Shown piece after piece: positions 25,201 through 35,249 of a stretch of DNA of 64,000 nucleotides. The stretch is from contig JBHGNT010000001.1 in NCBI GenBank assembly GCA_043228905.1, positions 14,012,001 through 14,076,000 of the forward strand, written 5' to 3'. A program made the translations under genes and the position numbers. The notes beneath the pieces were generated by a model. That model did not search any database, was not told where the DNA came from, and saw only the letters and a list, made by a program, of their open reading frames with translations. The first letter of the stretch is position 1. The number at the start of each line of letters is the position of its first letter. This stretch comes from Azolla caroliniana (lineage: Eukaryota > Plantae > Polypodiophyta).

Positions 25201-27374
25201 TGCCATACTGGCAATGCTCGCAGAATTGATGGTCCGAGAAGGAGAGTTTGGGGATGTATCCGGCTCTAGATAGGTGCGTGATGCCGGCCTTGCTGAGGTG
25301 TCCCAGTCTTCGGTGCCATAGTGATGACACAGGAATATCCACCAAGAACAGGTTACCCTCTCTGAGCGTAACATGTAACGGATACAGGGAGTGTATCTTA
25401 GGTCCTCTAGCAAGCAGGAGGTTCCCCCTGTGGAGTGTCCACCCTCCCGAAGAGAAACCGGCACGAATGCCGTCTTCATCTAGTTGTCCGACTGAGATCA
25501 ATGGCCTTGAGAGCTCGGGTACATGTCGGACATTGTGGAGTACAAGTGTAGAGCCACCTGCAAGGTTGAGCTCTACTGTGCCGATTCCGATGATGTCACA
25601 GTGTTGCGAGTTACCGACCCGAACTGAGTCGGAGTGACGGATCGTGTATTGCCGAAATTGGGATCGATGAGGAGTCACGTGAAATGACGCGCCCGAATCT
25701 AAGAGCCATGTGCTCGATTCTTCAGTCGTGAGTAGAACTTCTGATCCGACTGGATTTTCGATTGATAGTATATTCGGGTCGTCCGGTAGTACATCGGCTG
25801 AGAAGCTGACGTAATTGATCTCCTCATGCCGGCCACTCTTCTTGTTGTTCTTGTTCTTGAGTGCGCGGCAGTCGGCTTTGATGTGTCCGGGTTTCTTGCA
25901 GTAGTTGCAGATTCGGTTATCCCGTGACTGGCTCCGTCTTCGCTGATTGTTCGGCGGTCGTGAGGAATCTCTTCCTCGTATGTTCGATCGGTCTGTCGAA
26001 CCTTGTACTACATAAGCGTCTTCTGTTGAGTCTTTGCCGAAAGACTTTCTCCGAGCTGCTTCGGTTAGGATTGCGCTCGTGACTTCGGAGTATTTAACAG
26101 CCGTGGTTGACGCGTTGCACACAGTTGTGACGAAAGTTTCCCATGATGAGGGAAGGCTGCTCATGAGTATCATTGCTCTGAGTTCATCCTCGATTGCCGT
26201 CCCCTGAGATGAGATTTGGGAGCTGATGCTTTCGTACTCATTGAGGTGTGCCTGAACCGAATCGGATTCTTTCATCCGCAAGTTGTAGAGGCGCCGGATC
26301 AGAAACATCTTCGTTGCGGCGACCTTCTTTTCGTAAGTGTCCGACAGTGTTTTCCACAGTTCGAATGCTGTCGTACATGATTGCACCGTAAAGTATACCG
26401 ATTCCGATAGGTGCATCCGAATCGTGGCGCGGACGATTCTGTCCAGCTTCTGCCACTCAATTGGTTTGTATCCTTCTGGAGGTTCTTCATTTTCGATGGG
26501 ATCGATTTGCCCCTTGACTATGAGATAGTCCTGCATTTGCTCCTTCCAGAAGTTAAAGTTCGATCCATCGAACTTTCGTAGACTCATTTCTGACGAGCCG
26601 GATGTTGATGCCATCAAATTCGGTTTTGGTTGACGAAGCTCGGTTCAGAGTTGACTACGAACCTTGTTGGAGTGCAGCCGGTTGGCTCACCCGATATCGT
26701 TCTAGTCGGATTTGAACCCGAGTCGGTTCGGCTTCGGAACTTGCTCGAATTGACTCCGGTAGCTTGAGGGACAGAACCGACTGGTCTTCCCGAATGTTGC
26801 CGAGTCGGCGTGAGCCCGGTTCGCTTCGGATATATATGCCGAATACCGATAATTGAAACCGATTATCTGGACCGATTCTGCTTCGGGTGGCTGCAGCGAC
26901 GAGAGAGACAGATCCAACTGATCCTCTCGAATGTCGATCAGCCGGATGAAGCACGAATTGGGGTTGTTGTATTGAGACCGATCTGCACCGAGTGGTTACA
27001 ACGAGCAGCGTTTGGTGACCTCTTCGGTTGCCGTTTAACCGAATGGAGCACGATCGTGTCAATGATGCACAAGGGGATTTCACCTCGAGCGGTTACGATC
27101 ACACGGAAGAGAGTACAACCTGTGGGCTTACTCCAAGCAAGAGGATCTAACGCGATGAGGTGCAAACCTCGTTTTTGTTCTTCTTCTCTCTTTCTTCGAA
27201 TGACGTGGATACTGTGCAGGCCGAGATGAAGTGAAGAACCGAATGCTGTGCAGGCGGTGATGACGGCCGAACCTCCGCTCTGATACCAGATGTTGGAAGC
27301 GAGGTCGTTAATGCGGAAGATCAAGAAGCATTCTGTTCTGTTCAGTACCTGCGTATGAGAGATTGTAGGTCGTT

Positions 27375-27411
<37 letters not shown>

Positions 27412-27583
27412 CACAAAAGACTTTCTTATTGCATAAACAAAGAATACAACAACCAACCTCACAAAGAGGTTACAAGGTCACTATATATAGTGACCAACTT
27501 AGGGCAACTACCCTTTATGCTAATTACATAAATGGCCAACACGGGATAGTGTGAATACGTCCATTATACACATGTATTCGACA
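22115..27583 (-). mobile_element. Young, apparently intact Ty1/Copia element nested in the Gypsy gag
   Basis: 293-bp LTRs at 22115-22407 and 27291-27583, identical by eye including (AG)16. TSD TCCCC, PBS (reverse GCTCTGATACCA) at 27277-27288, PPT at 22408-22414. Confidence 0.97.
22601..26617 (-). CDS. Copia gag-pol polyprotein, 1338 aa, uninterrupted
   Basis: FDGSNFNFWK gag, CNYCKKPGHIKADC knuckle, LLDSGAS protease, LWHRRLGH/VHSDVCGP/TDNGGEF integrase, YKARLVAKG/YVDD RT and KHIDVRYHFVRD RNaseH in one frame. Confidence 0.95.
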   Translation of the reverse strand: MMASTSGSSEMSLRKFDGSNFNFWKEQMQDYLIVKGQIDPIENEEPPEGYKPIEWQKLDRIVRATIRMHLSESVYFTVQSCTTAFELWKTLSDTYEKKVAATKMFLIRRLYNLRMKESDSVQAHLNEYESISSQISSQGTAIEDELRAMILMSSLPSSWETFVTTVCNASTTAVKYSEVTSAILTEAARRKSFGKDSTEDAYVVQGSTDRSNIRGRDSSRPPNNQRRRSQSRDNRICNYCKKPGHIKADCRALKNKNNKKSGRHEEINYVSFSADVLPDDPNILSIENPVGSEVLLTTEESSTWLLDSGASFHVTPHRSQFRQYTIRHSDSVRVGNSQHCDIIGIGTVELNLAGGSTLVLHNVRHVPELSRPLISVGQLDEDGIRAGFSSGGWTLHRGNLLLARGPKIHSLYPLHVTLREGNLFLVDIPVSSLWHRRLGHLSKAGITHLSRAGYIPKLSFSDHQFCEHCQYGKQVAASHPTSAPRETRPLDLVHSDVCGPMPHQSLGGASYFVTFIDDSTRKVWAYPIRTKDRVFSIFSDWLAMVENQTDRKLKCFRTDNGGEFKSEEFVKFCRQRGIRRELTAPYSPEQNGIAERMNRTIQERLVSMLQHSGLSDGFWAEALLTAVHIINMSPSRPLGLQIPQELWIGSKPNYDKLRIFGCEAYALIPKDDRRKLAPRSRKCIFLGYGSDGEMGYRLWDPERRQIVRSSDVVFNESAMNPSVEKPIEVRRVTFSDVPTLQEGPALNTRSASRVAEPYTTDSDNSDSAQQNNPLSDHPTTIPDATSPIMPRRSERLSQPPERYSPGIFFTDAGEPTSYEEASTSVDSATWHLAMESEMHSIRANKTWDLVELPRNRRALPCKWVYRLKETSDSTTPKYKARLVAKGFRQEYGVDFDEIFSPVVKMTTLRFLLGVVAADNLELIQLDVKTAFLHGDLDEEIYMEQPKGFVATGQEHLVCRLRKSLYGLKQAPRQWYKKFDDFIQSIGFSKSDEDHCLFTNTAQDGSPIFLIIYVDDMLISGRHAGELADLVRQLRLKFAMKDLGPARHILGMKISRHRDKRHLFLSQTDYIGRVLERFNMQSAKSASTPLPMNLRLSQRDCPTSGPEGEDMKSVPYAPAVGSLMYLMVATRPDISHAVGVVSRFMHNPGRSHWNAVKHVFRYLAGTKDHGILFGPNRTSGVVGYTDSDFAGCIDSRKSTTGYCFKFGNGAISWKSKLQECTATSTTEAEYVAASDAAKEALWLGRLAHTFRQVDHDSAPVVYSDSQGAVALSKNPVHHNASKHIDVRYHFVRDCVISGKIGLEKISTTDNVADGMTKCLSADRFRSLRHQMGVTTNQSG

Positions 27584-27873
27584 TCCCCAACTCCCGTCTA
27601 TCCTTTATGTCCACGGCCTTCAAGAAGTACAAAGTCTTGTCCTCTTCAAGCAATACTTGGTCCGTATTGGGGAGACGACTAAACATATGGTCGAATTCGT
27701 CGTACACCCTCGAGACGCTCATCTTCTTATTCTTCTTCTCTATCCACTTCATTAGGGCATGTCGAGTCATCCTCGTTGAGTCTTCAGTCACGAACTCCGC
27801 TAGTATCGTTTTCTCGAACTCGGACCATGTTGTCTTTCCTTCTTGAAGCTCGATGACGCGTCTTTGGATGTTG
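27584..27873 (-). pseudogene. Middle fragment of the Gypsy gag between the two nested Copia elements
   Basis: Reads NIQRRVIELQEGKTTWSEFEKTILAEF...KDRRELG and joins in frame to ...RVVSNN (33355) and GLFSKM/TLLEDD (22114) once the insertions are removed. Confidence 0.8.
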
Positions 27874-28350
27874 TGTTGTAAAACAGTGCTCGGCCACAAC
27901 CGAGGAATAGGATCAACACTTGGAAAACAAGAAATACAGAATGCACGAGACAATAGAAAGAGAGAGTACACAGAATATTTTACGTGGAAAACCCTAAATG
28001 GGAAAAAACCACGGGAGTTCTCAGACTCCAACCATCACTATGAACAGGGATGTACAATGGTGAAGCTACAAGGCAACAACCTTGTGCTCACTGTCTTCGC
28101 CACAGGCGGCGGCGATACACAGAGGCAACGACCTCTTCGTCTCTCTCTCTCTCTCTCTCTCTCTGGCTGCTCTCTTCACTCCCTCTAAGTGAAAACAGAA
28201 AAATAAGCAACAACTTAAACTGTTTGCCCTAAGTCATATTTATACACATATGACTTTCGGGCTATTTACAAATATAGCCTCAAGGGCTCTTGGCAAACAC
28301 ATTCACAAATATGTCCCCGCATCCGGATCTCTCTCCGGGTACATTTCGTC

Positions 28351-28507
28351 ATCCGGCTCCGTAACCGGGGTCTTCAGCATCCGACTCCGTAACCGGGGTC
28401 TTCAACATCCGGCTCCGTAACCGGGGTCTTCATCATCCGGCTCCGTAACCGGGGTCTTCATCATCCGGCTCCATAACCGGGGTCTTCATCATCCGGCTCC
28501 GTAACCG
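28351..28507. repeat. 28-bp tandem repeat in LTR U3 (5 full units here, 4 in the partner LTR at ~33163-33291)
   Basis: Unit ATCCGGCTCCGTAACCGGGGTCTTCATC. Confidence 0.9.
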
Positions 28508-28580
28508 CAACCGGGCTTGCCGTCATTTATCTCCGGGGACATCCCATCCGGAGGGACCGAAATCCCAACAAACTCCCCCT

Positions 28581-31500
28581 TCACTTCGGCATGGGATGTC
28601 TCTCCAATCCAATCCTCTTCCGGCATGCTTCCAACTTGTCGGGTGTGAGCACTTTGGTCAGCATATCTGAGCCGTTCTTGTCCGTGTGGATCTTCATCAG
28701 CACGAACTCCTTGTCTTCTATTCTTTCCCGGATCCAGTGGTATCTTCGCTGGATGTGCTTCGTCCGGGAGTGATAGGCCGCGTTCTTCGCAAGGTGGATG
28801 GCACTCTGACTGTCACAGTAGAGTCGGTACTCCTCCTGCCGGATACCGAGCTCTCTAATGAAGTCCTTCATCCATATCATTTCCTTGCCGGCTTCAACAG
28901 CCGCCATGTACTCCGCCTCCGTGGTTGACAACGCAACCGTCTTCTGCAGCCTCGACTGCCACGAAACAGCTCCCCCTGCATACGTCATCACATACCCTGA
29001 TGTGGACCGGCTGGTATCTGCATCAGCCGACATATCCGAATCGGTAAAGCCGTCGAATTCGGGCTTACCGGAGCCGAATCGGAGGCACACGTTTGCCGTG
29101 CCCTTCAGGTATCGGAGTATCCACTTGACCGCGTTCCAGTGCTCTTTGCCGGGATTGCTCATGTACAGGCTCACCACTCCAACTGCATATCCTATGTCCG
29201 GTCTTGTACACACCATTGCGTACATCAAGCTTCCGACGGCAGAGGCATATGGCACTTTCATGATGTCCTCCTTCTCAGCCTTTGTCTTGGGGCTTTGCTT
29301 GCTGGACAACTTGCAGTTTGCCGGGAGGGTTGACCCGACCGGTCTTGCTTCCGACATGTTGAACCGGTGAAGCACCTTTGTCACGTACTTCTCCTGTGAC
29401 AGCCACAACTGCTTCTTCTTCCGGTCTCGGATGATGTGCATCCCTAGTATTTGCCTCGCCGGACCCAGGTCCTTCATTGAGAAAGTTCGGTGAAGTGCTT
29501 TCTTCAGCATCCGTATCTTGCCCTGGTCCCGTCCGACGATCAACATGTCGTCCACGTACAGGAGGAGTATTAGAGAGTCTCCTCCTTCGAACTTCTTCAC
29601 AAATACGCAGTGATCGGACTGCGTTTTGTGGTACCCTTCGTCGGTCATGAAGGAGTCGAACTTCCGGTACCATTGCCGGGGAGCCTGCTTCAGTCCGTAA
29701 AGGCTCTTCTTCAACCGGCATACCAGGTGCTCCTTCCCTTTCTTCTCGAATCCTTCCGGTTGCTGCATGTAGATCTCTTCTTCGAGGTCACCGTGAAGGA
29801 ATGCCGTCTTCACGTCCATCTGTTCTACCTCGAGGTCCATGCTTGCCGCTATGCTTAGCACCGTCCGGATGGAGGTCATCTTCACTACCGGGGCAAATAT
29901 CTCGTCGAAGTCGACGCCCTTCTTCTGCTGAAACCCCTTCACCACGATCCTGGCTTTGTATCTCGGAGGGTTTCCGGCATCTCCCGGTTTCAGCTTGAAC
30001 ACCCACTTGTTTCGAAGTGCCCGCTTTCCTTTCGGCAACTCCACAAGTTCATATGTGTGGTTCTCATGCAGGGAATCCATCTCCTCCTGCATGGCACTTA
30101 ACCACCTGCGGCTCTGGGTGTCATGCTTTGCTTCTTCAAAGCTCTCCGGCTCCCCCTCGTCGGTTAGCAGCACGTGCTCTGGTTCCGGAAATCTCCGGGG
30201 GGCCCTTCTCTCTCTTAGAGGGTATCTCCGTTCCGGAGCTTCGGTAACCGGCTGCTCCGTTTCCTCTTCATCCGAATCCATTTCGGGATCGGGGCCGGTT
30301 CCGGTATCATTTTCATCTTCTTCGGCCGGTTCTGTTTCTTCACCGTCTTCGGCCGGATCCTCGAGTGCTAACCGGTCCCTTGCCGGTCGGGACTGCTCCT
30401 CGTAGAGTTGATCCTCACCGGTTGACTTGGAGCTCTTCATCTTCTTCTCCGACTCCTAGTCGGCGAGTGTCTTGTTCTCCATGAAGATGATATCACGACT
30501 CCGGAATATCTTCTTGTCGACCGGGTCCCATACTCGGTAGCCGAACTCGTCATCGCCGTAACCGAGGAATATGCATGGCCGGGTCTTTGGATCTAGCTTT
30601 CCTCTCCGGTCCTTTGCCACATGCATGTATGCGAGACACCCGAACACCTTCAGATGCCGGTAGGACACTTCCTTACCGGTCCACACTTTCTGCGGCGTGT
30701 CTCCGTCCAAAGGTACTGAGGGTGATCTGTTTATCACGTATGTCGCCGTCGACATTGCCTCAGCCCAAAACCCCTTGGGTAATTTCGCATGCGCCAGCAT
30801 ACTCCGGACCCTCTCCATTATGGTCCGGTTCATCCTCTCCGCCAGCCCGTTTAGTTCCGGCGTCTTCGGCACAGTAAACTCGAGCCGGATTCCCTTCGAG
30901 CGACAGTACTCCTGGAACTGCCCCCGGTATTCCCCTCCGTTATCCGCTCGTATCGCTTTCAGCTTCTTGCCGGATTCCCTTTCCACTCTCGCGTGAAGTT
31001 CTTTGAAGACGGACAATACTTGGTCCTTTGTCTTCAACGGTGCCGTCCACAGCTTCCGGCTATGGTCATCTATGAATGTTACAAAGTACTGGGCTCCGCC
31101 ATGTGACTTCGTTTCTACCTGACACACATCAGTATGCACCAACTCCAATGGTGCGCTACGTCTCGTCGGTGGCCTTGAGTGGAAGGAGGTTCGGTTCTGC
31201 TTACCGGCCAGGCAATCGGTGCACTTCTCCAGGTGCACATGCTTCACTGGAATAAGGTTGTCTTCTGCAAGCCTCTTCATCCCCTTCTCACTCATGTGGC
31301 ACAGTCTTTTGTGCCACAGCTCACCGGCAGTGTCAGCTGCCACGTTCAGCTCCTCCGGACATAGCCGGGAATTCATCAGGTACAGTGTGTTGATCTTCCG
31401 GGCCCGAGCCACTATCAGGCTCCCTTTGCTGAACTTCATGACACCGTTCCGGATGCTACCCGTGTAGCCTTCATCGTCTAGCCTCCCGGCCGAAATCAGG

Positions 31501-32654
31501 TTCAATCGAACCTCCGGAACGTGTCGAACATCCTTCAGCAGCATTTTGCATCCGGTCGAGGTTGTCAACCACACGTCTCCTATGCCGGCGATCCGGCACG
31601 TACCTTCATTTCCCATCCGAACACAGCCATGCTCACCGGCTGTGTAGGATGAGAAGTATCTTCTTTCCGGGGTCAGGTGGAACGACGCTCCGGAATCGAC
31701 CACCCAGGTCGTCTCATCGCCGGCAATGTTTAGCTCACCTTCTTCGGTGATGAGCATGATTTCTTCCTCACTTGCCGCGAGTGCCGTCGTTCCTTTCCGG
31801 TCCTGCCCTCGCCGATCCGGACCTCTCCGGTCCGTGGCTCCCCGGTATGCACCGTTTCTCTCCGGTGACTTCTTCGAATCGGTGTCGTCGGCTCCGTTGT
31901 CTTTTCGGTAATGCCGACAATTCTTCCGGAAGTGCCCCGGCTTCCCACAGTGGAAGCATGTGGGTCTTCCTCTTGACTGCGACCGGGTCCCCGACTTCTC
32001 CCGTCTTTGCGGACTCCGGTTCCATTGTCTTCCCCGATCCGATTCGGCAAGCAGCGCCTTCGAGTCGGAGGCCGGTTCTTTATCTCTCCGACGCGCTTCT
32101 TCGTTCAAAATACTTGTCTTTACCGTTTGTAAGGACAAGTTATCTTCTGTGCAGGAGGTGCTGAGAGTCACCACCAAGTTCTCCCAGCTGTCCGGCAATG
32201 TACACATCAGGATGATGGCTTGCATTGCATCCTCTAACGGGAACTTGATCGCCGCAAGCTGGTTCACGAATCCCATGAACGTGCTTACGTGTTCCACCAT
32301 ACTCTCGCCGTCCCGGTACTTGAGGTTCACTATCTTTCTCATCAGGGAGGTCCGGTTCAACGCATTCTTCCTCTCGTAGAGGCCCGACAGCTTCCTCCAC
32401 ATCTCATATGCGTTGGTGTCGTTCGCCACGTGTTGTAGAACGCTCACGTCGACGTATTGCCGAATGGTTGCAACGGCTTTCCGGTTCAGAAGCCTCCACT
32501 CCGTCTCAAGTACCCCCTTGGGTATTTCCGACCTGTCGATCGGTTCATACAAGTCCCGAACGATGAGAAGGTCTTCCATCTTTATCTTCCAGTCGGCGTA
32601 GTTCTGTGAGTTCAACACCATCATGCCCGGAGGCCCACCACCGCCGCCTTCCAT
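28581..32654 (-). pseudogene. Copia gag-pol broken by a single in-frame TAG (30456-30458) between integrase and RT
   Basis: ORFs 30456..32843 (real start MEGGGG near 32654) and 28581..30440 share a frame; all Copia domain motifs are present. Confidence 0.9.
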
Positions 32655-34069
32655 TTTCTGTGTTACCGTCGCTCTGATACCACTTTGTTGTAAAACAGTG
32701 CTCGGCCACAACCGAGGAATAGGATCAACACTTGGAAAACAGGAAATACAGAATGCACGAGACAATAGAAAGAGAGAGTACACAGAATATTTTACGTGGA
32801 AAACCCTAAATGGGAAAAAACCACGGGAGTTCTCAGACTCCAACCATCACTATGAACAGGGATGTACAATGGTGAAGCTACAAGGCAACAACCTTGTGCT
32901 CACTGTCTTCGCCACAGGCGGCGGCGATACACAGAGGCAACGACCTCTTCGTCTCTCTCTCTCTCTCTCTCTCTCTGGCTGCTCTCTTCACTCCCTCTAA
33001 GTGAAAACAGAAAAATAAGCAACAACTTAAACTGTTTGCCCTAAGTCATATTTATACACATATGACTTTCGGGCTATTTACAAATATAGCCTCAAGGGCT
33101 CTTGGCAAACACATTCACAAATATGTCCCCGCATCTGGATCTCTCTCCGGGTACATTTCGTCATCCGGCTCCGTAACCGGGGTCTTCAGCATCCGACTCC
33201 GTAACCGGGGTCTTCAGCATCCGGCTCCGTAACCGGGGTCTTCATCATCCGGCTCCGTAACCGGGGTCTTCATCATCCGGCTCCGTAACCGCAACCGGGC
33301 TTGCCGTCATTTATCTCCGGGGACATCCCATCCGGAGGGACCGAAATCCCAACATGTTGTTGGAGACAACTCTCTTGAAGCTTGCGATTTGACGTGCCTC
33401 GGACACGTCCCTTTGATTCATCTCCCTCTTATATGCATCAAGGAACTTCGTAACGTTCCTTCCATCGAATTGGCCCTCGAGCTCTACGACATGATCGACA
33501 GCCTTCTCCACGCTCGCGTCGTTGTCCCGAGATCTCATCATTTGCTCGACGATTAGCATCATCCTTTCGAGCTCTCTTGCTTGGTTGCTTGAGGACGCCA
33601 TCTCCAAGTATTAATCTCGACTTGATCCTTCCTACCGCCTCTTTCACGCCGGGTTCACCACTTAATTATGTCGTGAAGATCCGTCACTACGCGCGGATCG
33701 TGAGGCGGAACCGCCGGGGTTCTGGACCAGAAGGATTTAGAGTCGATACAAGCTTTGGCGAGAAAGTACTTAAGATAGATTGGGAAAGAGAGAAGATGAG
33801 ATTACACGATTGATTTCAAAACGAATTTCTTCCTCTTAATTTTCATAAAAAAAAACCATGTTTTTCTCCTCCCCCTTCCCTCTTTTATAGATGCTCTCAT
33901 GCATATGATGCATGTGAGGGTACAAGACATGCATAAATTGCATGTTTGTCATTTGGCGCTTAAGTATTACATGTGGTGCATGCTAACCATGTCACTCATT
34001 TTAGCACTCATGGATGAGAATTTACATTTAAAACTACAATGATAGGAATATAATTTCAACTAAATACTA

Positions 34070-34123
34070 TGGCTTAATGGTAAGCCATTTGACTCCTAAC
34101 TTGGAGGTGCAAGGTTCAAATCC
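34070..34123 (+). promoter_or_regulatory. tRNA-like Pol III promoter in the Gypsy 5' LTR U3, antisense to the element
   Basis: TGGCTTAATGG-N32-GGTTCAAATCC. Confidence 0.7.
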
Positions 34124-35249
34124 ATACGTGCCCTCCTTGTATATGTATATATTTTTATATATTTATTTTATCTAATCGTCGGTTCGCCGGATACCGGTGC
34201 CGCATGCCGCCGCCGGATTGCCGTCGGATCACCGGCTCCATCGCCGGTCCGGTTTTGGTTGGCCAAAACCCTTTTCGAGTAGCTAGCCACCTCCACTCTA
34301 AGTTCAAGTTACCTTGAACTCTCTATGCTCCACACATAGACACAAAGATAATATCTTTTGCTCCACCTTATATATGATGAGAGCCGTATTTGTCGTGCCT
34401 ATGTGGGATATCTCACAATTTTCTCTTTTCTTTTCACAAACTTTATACCCTCATATCTTGACATTTAGCTGTCCATTTCTCATGTAATAAAGTGCATTCG
34501 AAACCTCCATCATTTTGTACTTAGATATTAAAAATGTTATCTTCACAATTATTGTATTACATGATTCATACTCGATTTTGTACGTTTAATGGGATTTTCA
34601 CACTATTGCCGAAAATCTTCACGACAACGTGTGGATTCCGCAACCGCGCAACGAAGCCGCGAAGAGCCGATCTACCGCGCAAAGCCGCGAAGAAAGACGC
34701 AAGCCGAAGCACAGACTTCGAAACTACGCACAAGGCAAGCTGGAGCATGGATTCCGCAACTCCGCATAAATGCGAGTCGACGCGGACTCCGGAACGCGAG
34801 TTGAAGCGGATTCCGGATACCGTCTAAAATCGACCCGACTTGAGCTTGAGGGGGCATGTTGAGAATCAAGCTCAACTTGGTCTAGTGTGTGAACTCACCT
34901 TGAGAGTGAATAGACACTCCAACGGTCAAGAGTCACCATTATGTCACCACTTTGTATTCTAGCATTTAGTATGAGTCATAGAATCATATTCCATGACACA
35001 TAACTTATGAGCTTTCACATTCCTCATGCTCCATGAGTCTTGTAGTTAATGAAGAGAGAGGATGACTATATAAAGCACCCTCCTCCCACCTTGTATAACG
35101 TTGAGTCATTCTCCTTTGTTAATATACTTTACCTTGCGTATTCTCTGTGTCTTACTCCTTGTCTCTCTCACTCTCTCACTCTCTCTCATACACACACACA
35201 GAGTTCATATCTATTCCGCTGCACAGAATCCATCTCTTGATTCTTTACA

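Larger units (their letters stand above)
27874..33354 (-). mobile_element. Young Ty1/Copia (Tnt1/Tork-like) element nested in the Gypsy gag
   Basis: LTRs at 27874-28570 and 32686-33354 are near-identical apart from one 28-bp repeat unit. TSD TGTTG, iMet PBS at 32671-32682, PPT AGGGGGAG at 28573-28580. Confidence 0.95.
15907..34626 (-). mobile_element. Ty3/Gypsy LTR retrotransposon (no chromodomain) inserted in the 3' UTR of the outer Copia
   Basis: LTRs at 15907-16885 and 33669-34626 with TGTCGTGAAGAT inverted termini. TSD ACGT, tRNA-Trp-like PBS at 33643-33660. gag starts at 33607 and is split by two Copia insertions; domain order gag-PR-RT-RH-IN. Confidence 0.95.
10439..35249 (+). mobile_element. 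Ty1/Copia LTR retrotransposon, outer host of nest 1; degenerate gag-pol at ~10995-15903
   Basis: 393-bp LTRs at 10439-10831 and 34857-35249 (about 5 differences). TSD GTATG, PBS TGGTATCAGAGC at 10832, PPT TTGAGGGGG before the 3' LTR. Motifs: protease WFVDSGASNHM, integrase VHSDVWGP/SDGGKEY/QQNGVAER, RT YKARLVAKGY/QMDVKNAFL/LYVDD, RNaseH KHIEVHYHFIRE, with frameshifts and stops. Confidence 0.95.

Noticed and set aside
28351-28507. CRISPR-like array (also 2726-2960 and 40957-41336)
   Set aside because: Head-to-tail repeats without unique spacers, in eukaryotic DNA, with no cas genes.
30456-30458. Programmed stop-codon readthrough between integrase and RT
   Set aside because: TAG sits where TGG (LADW) is expected, and the following GAG is not a leaky CARYYA context; a G-to-A mutation is simpler.
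32655-32843. N-terminal extension of the Copia gag through the LTR
   Set aside because: Chance open frame across U5 and the PBS from a non-ATG start; gag most plausibly starts at MEGGGG.
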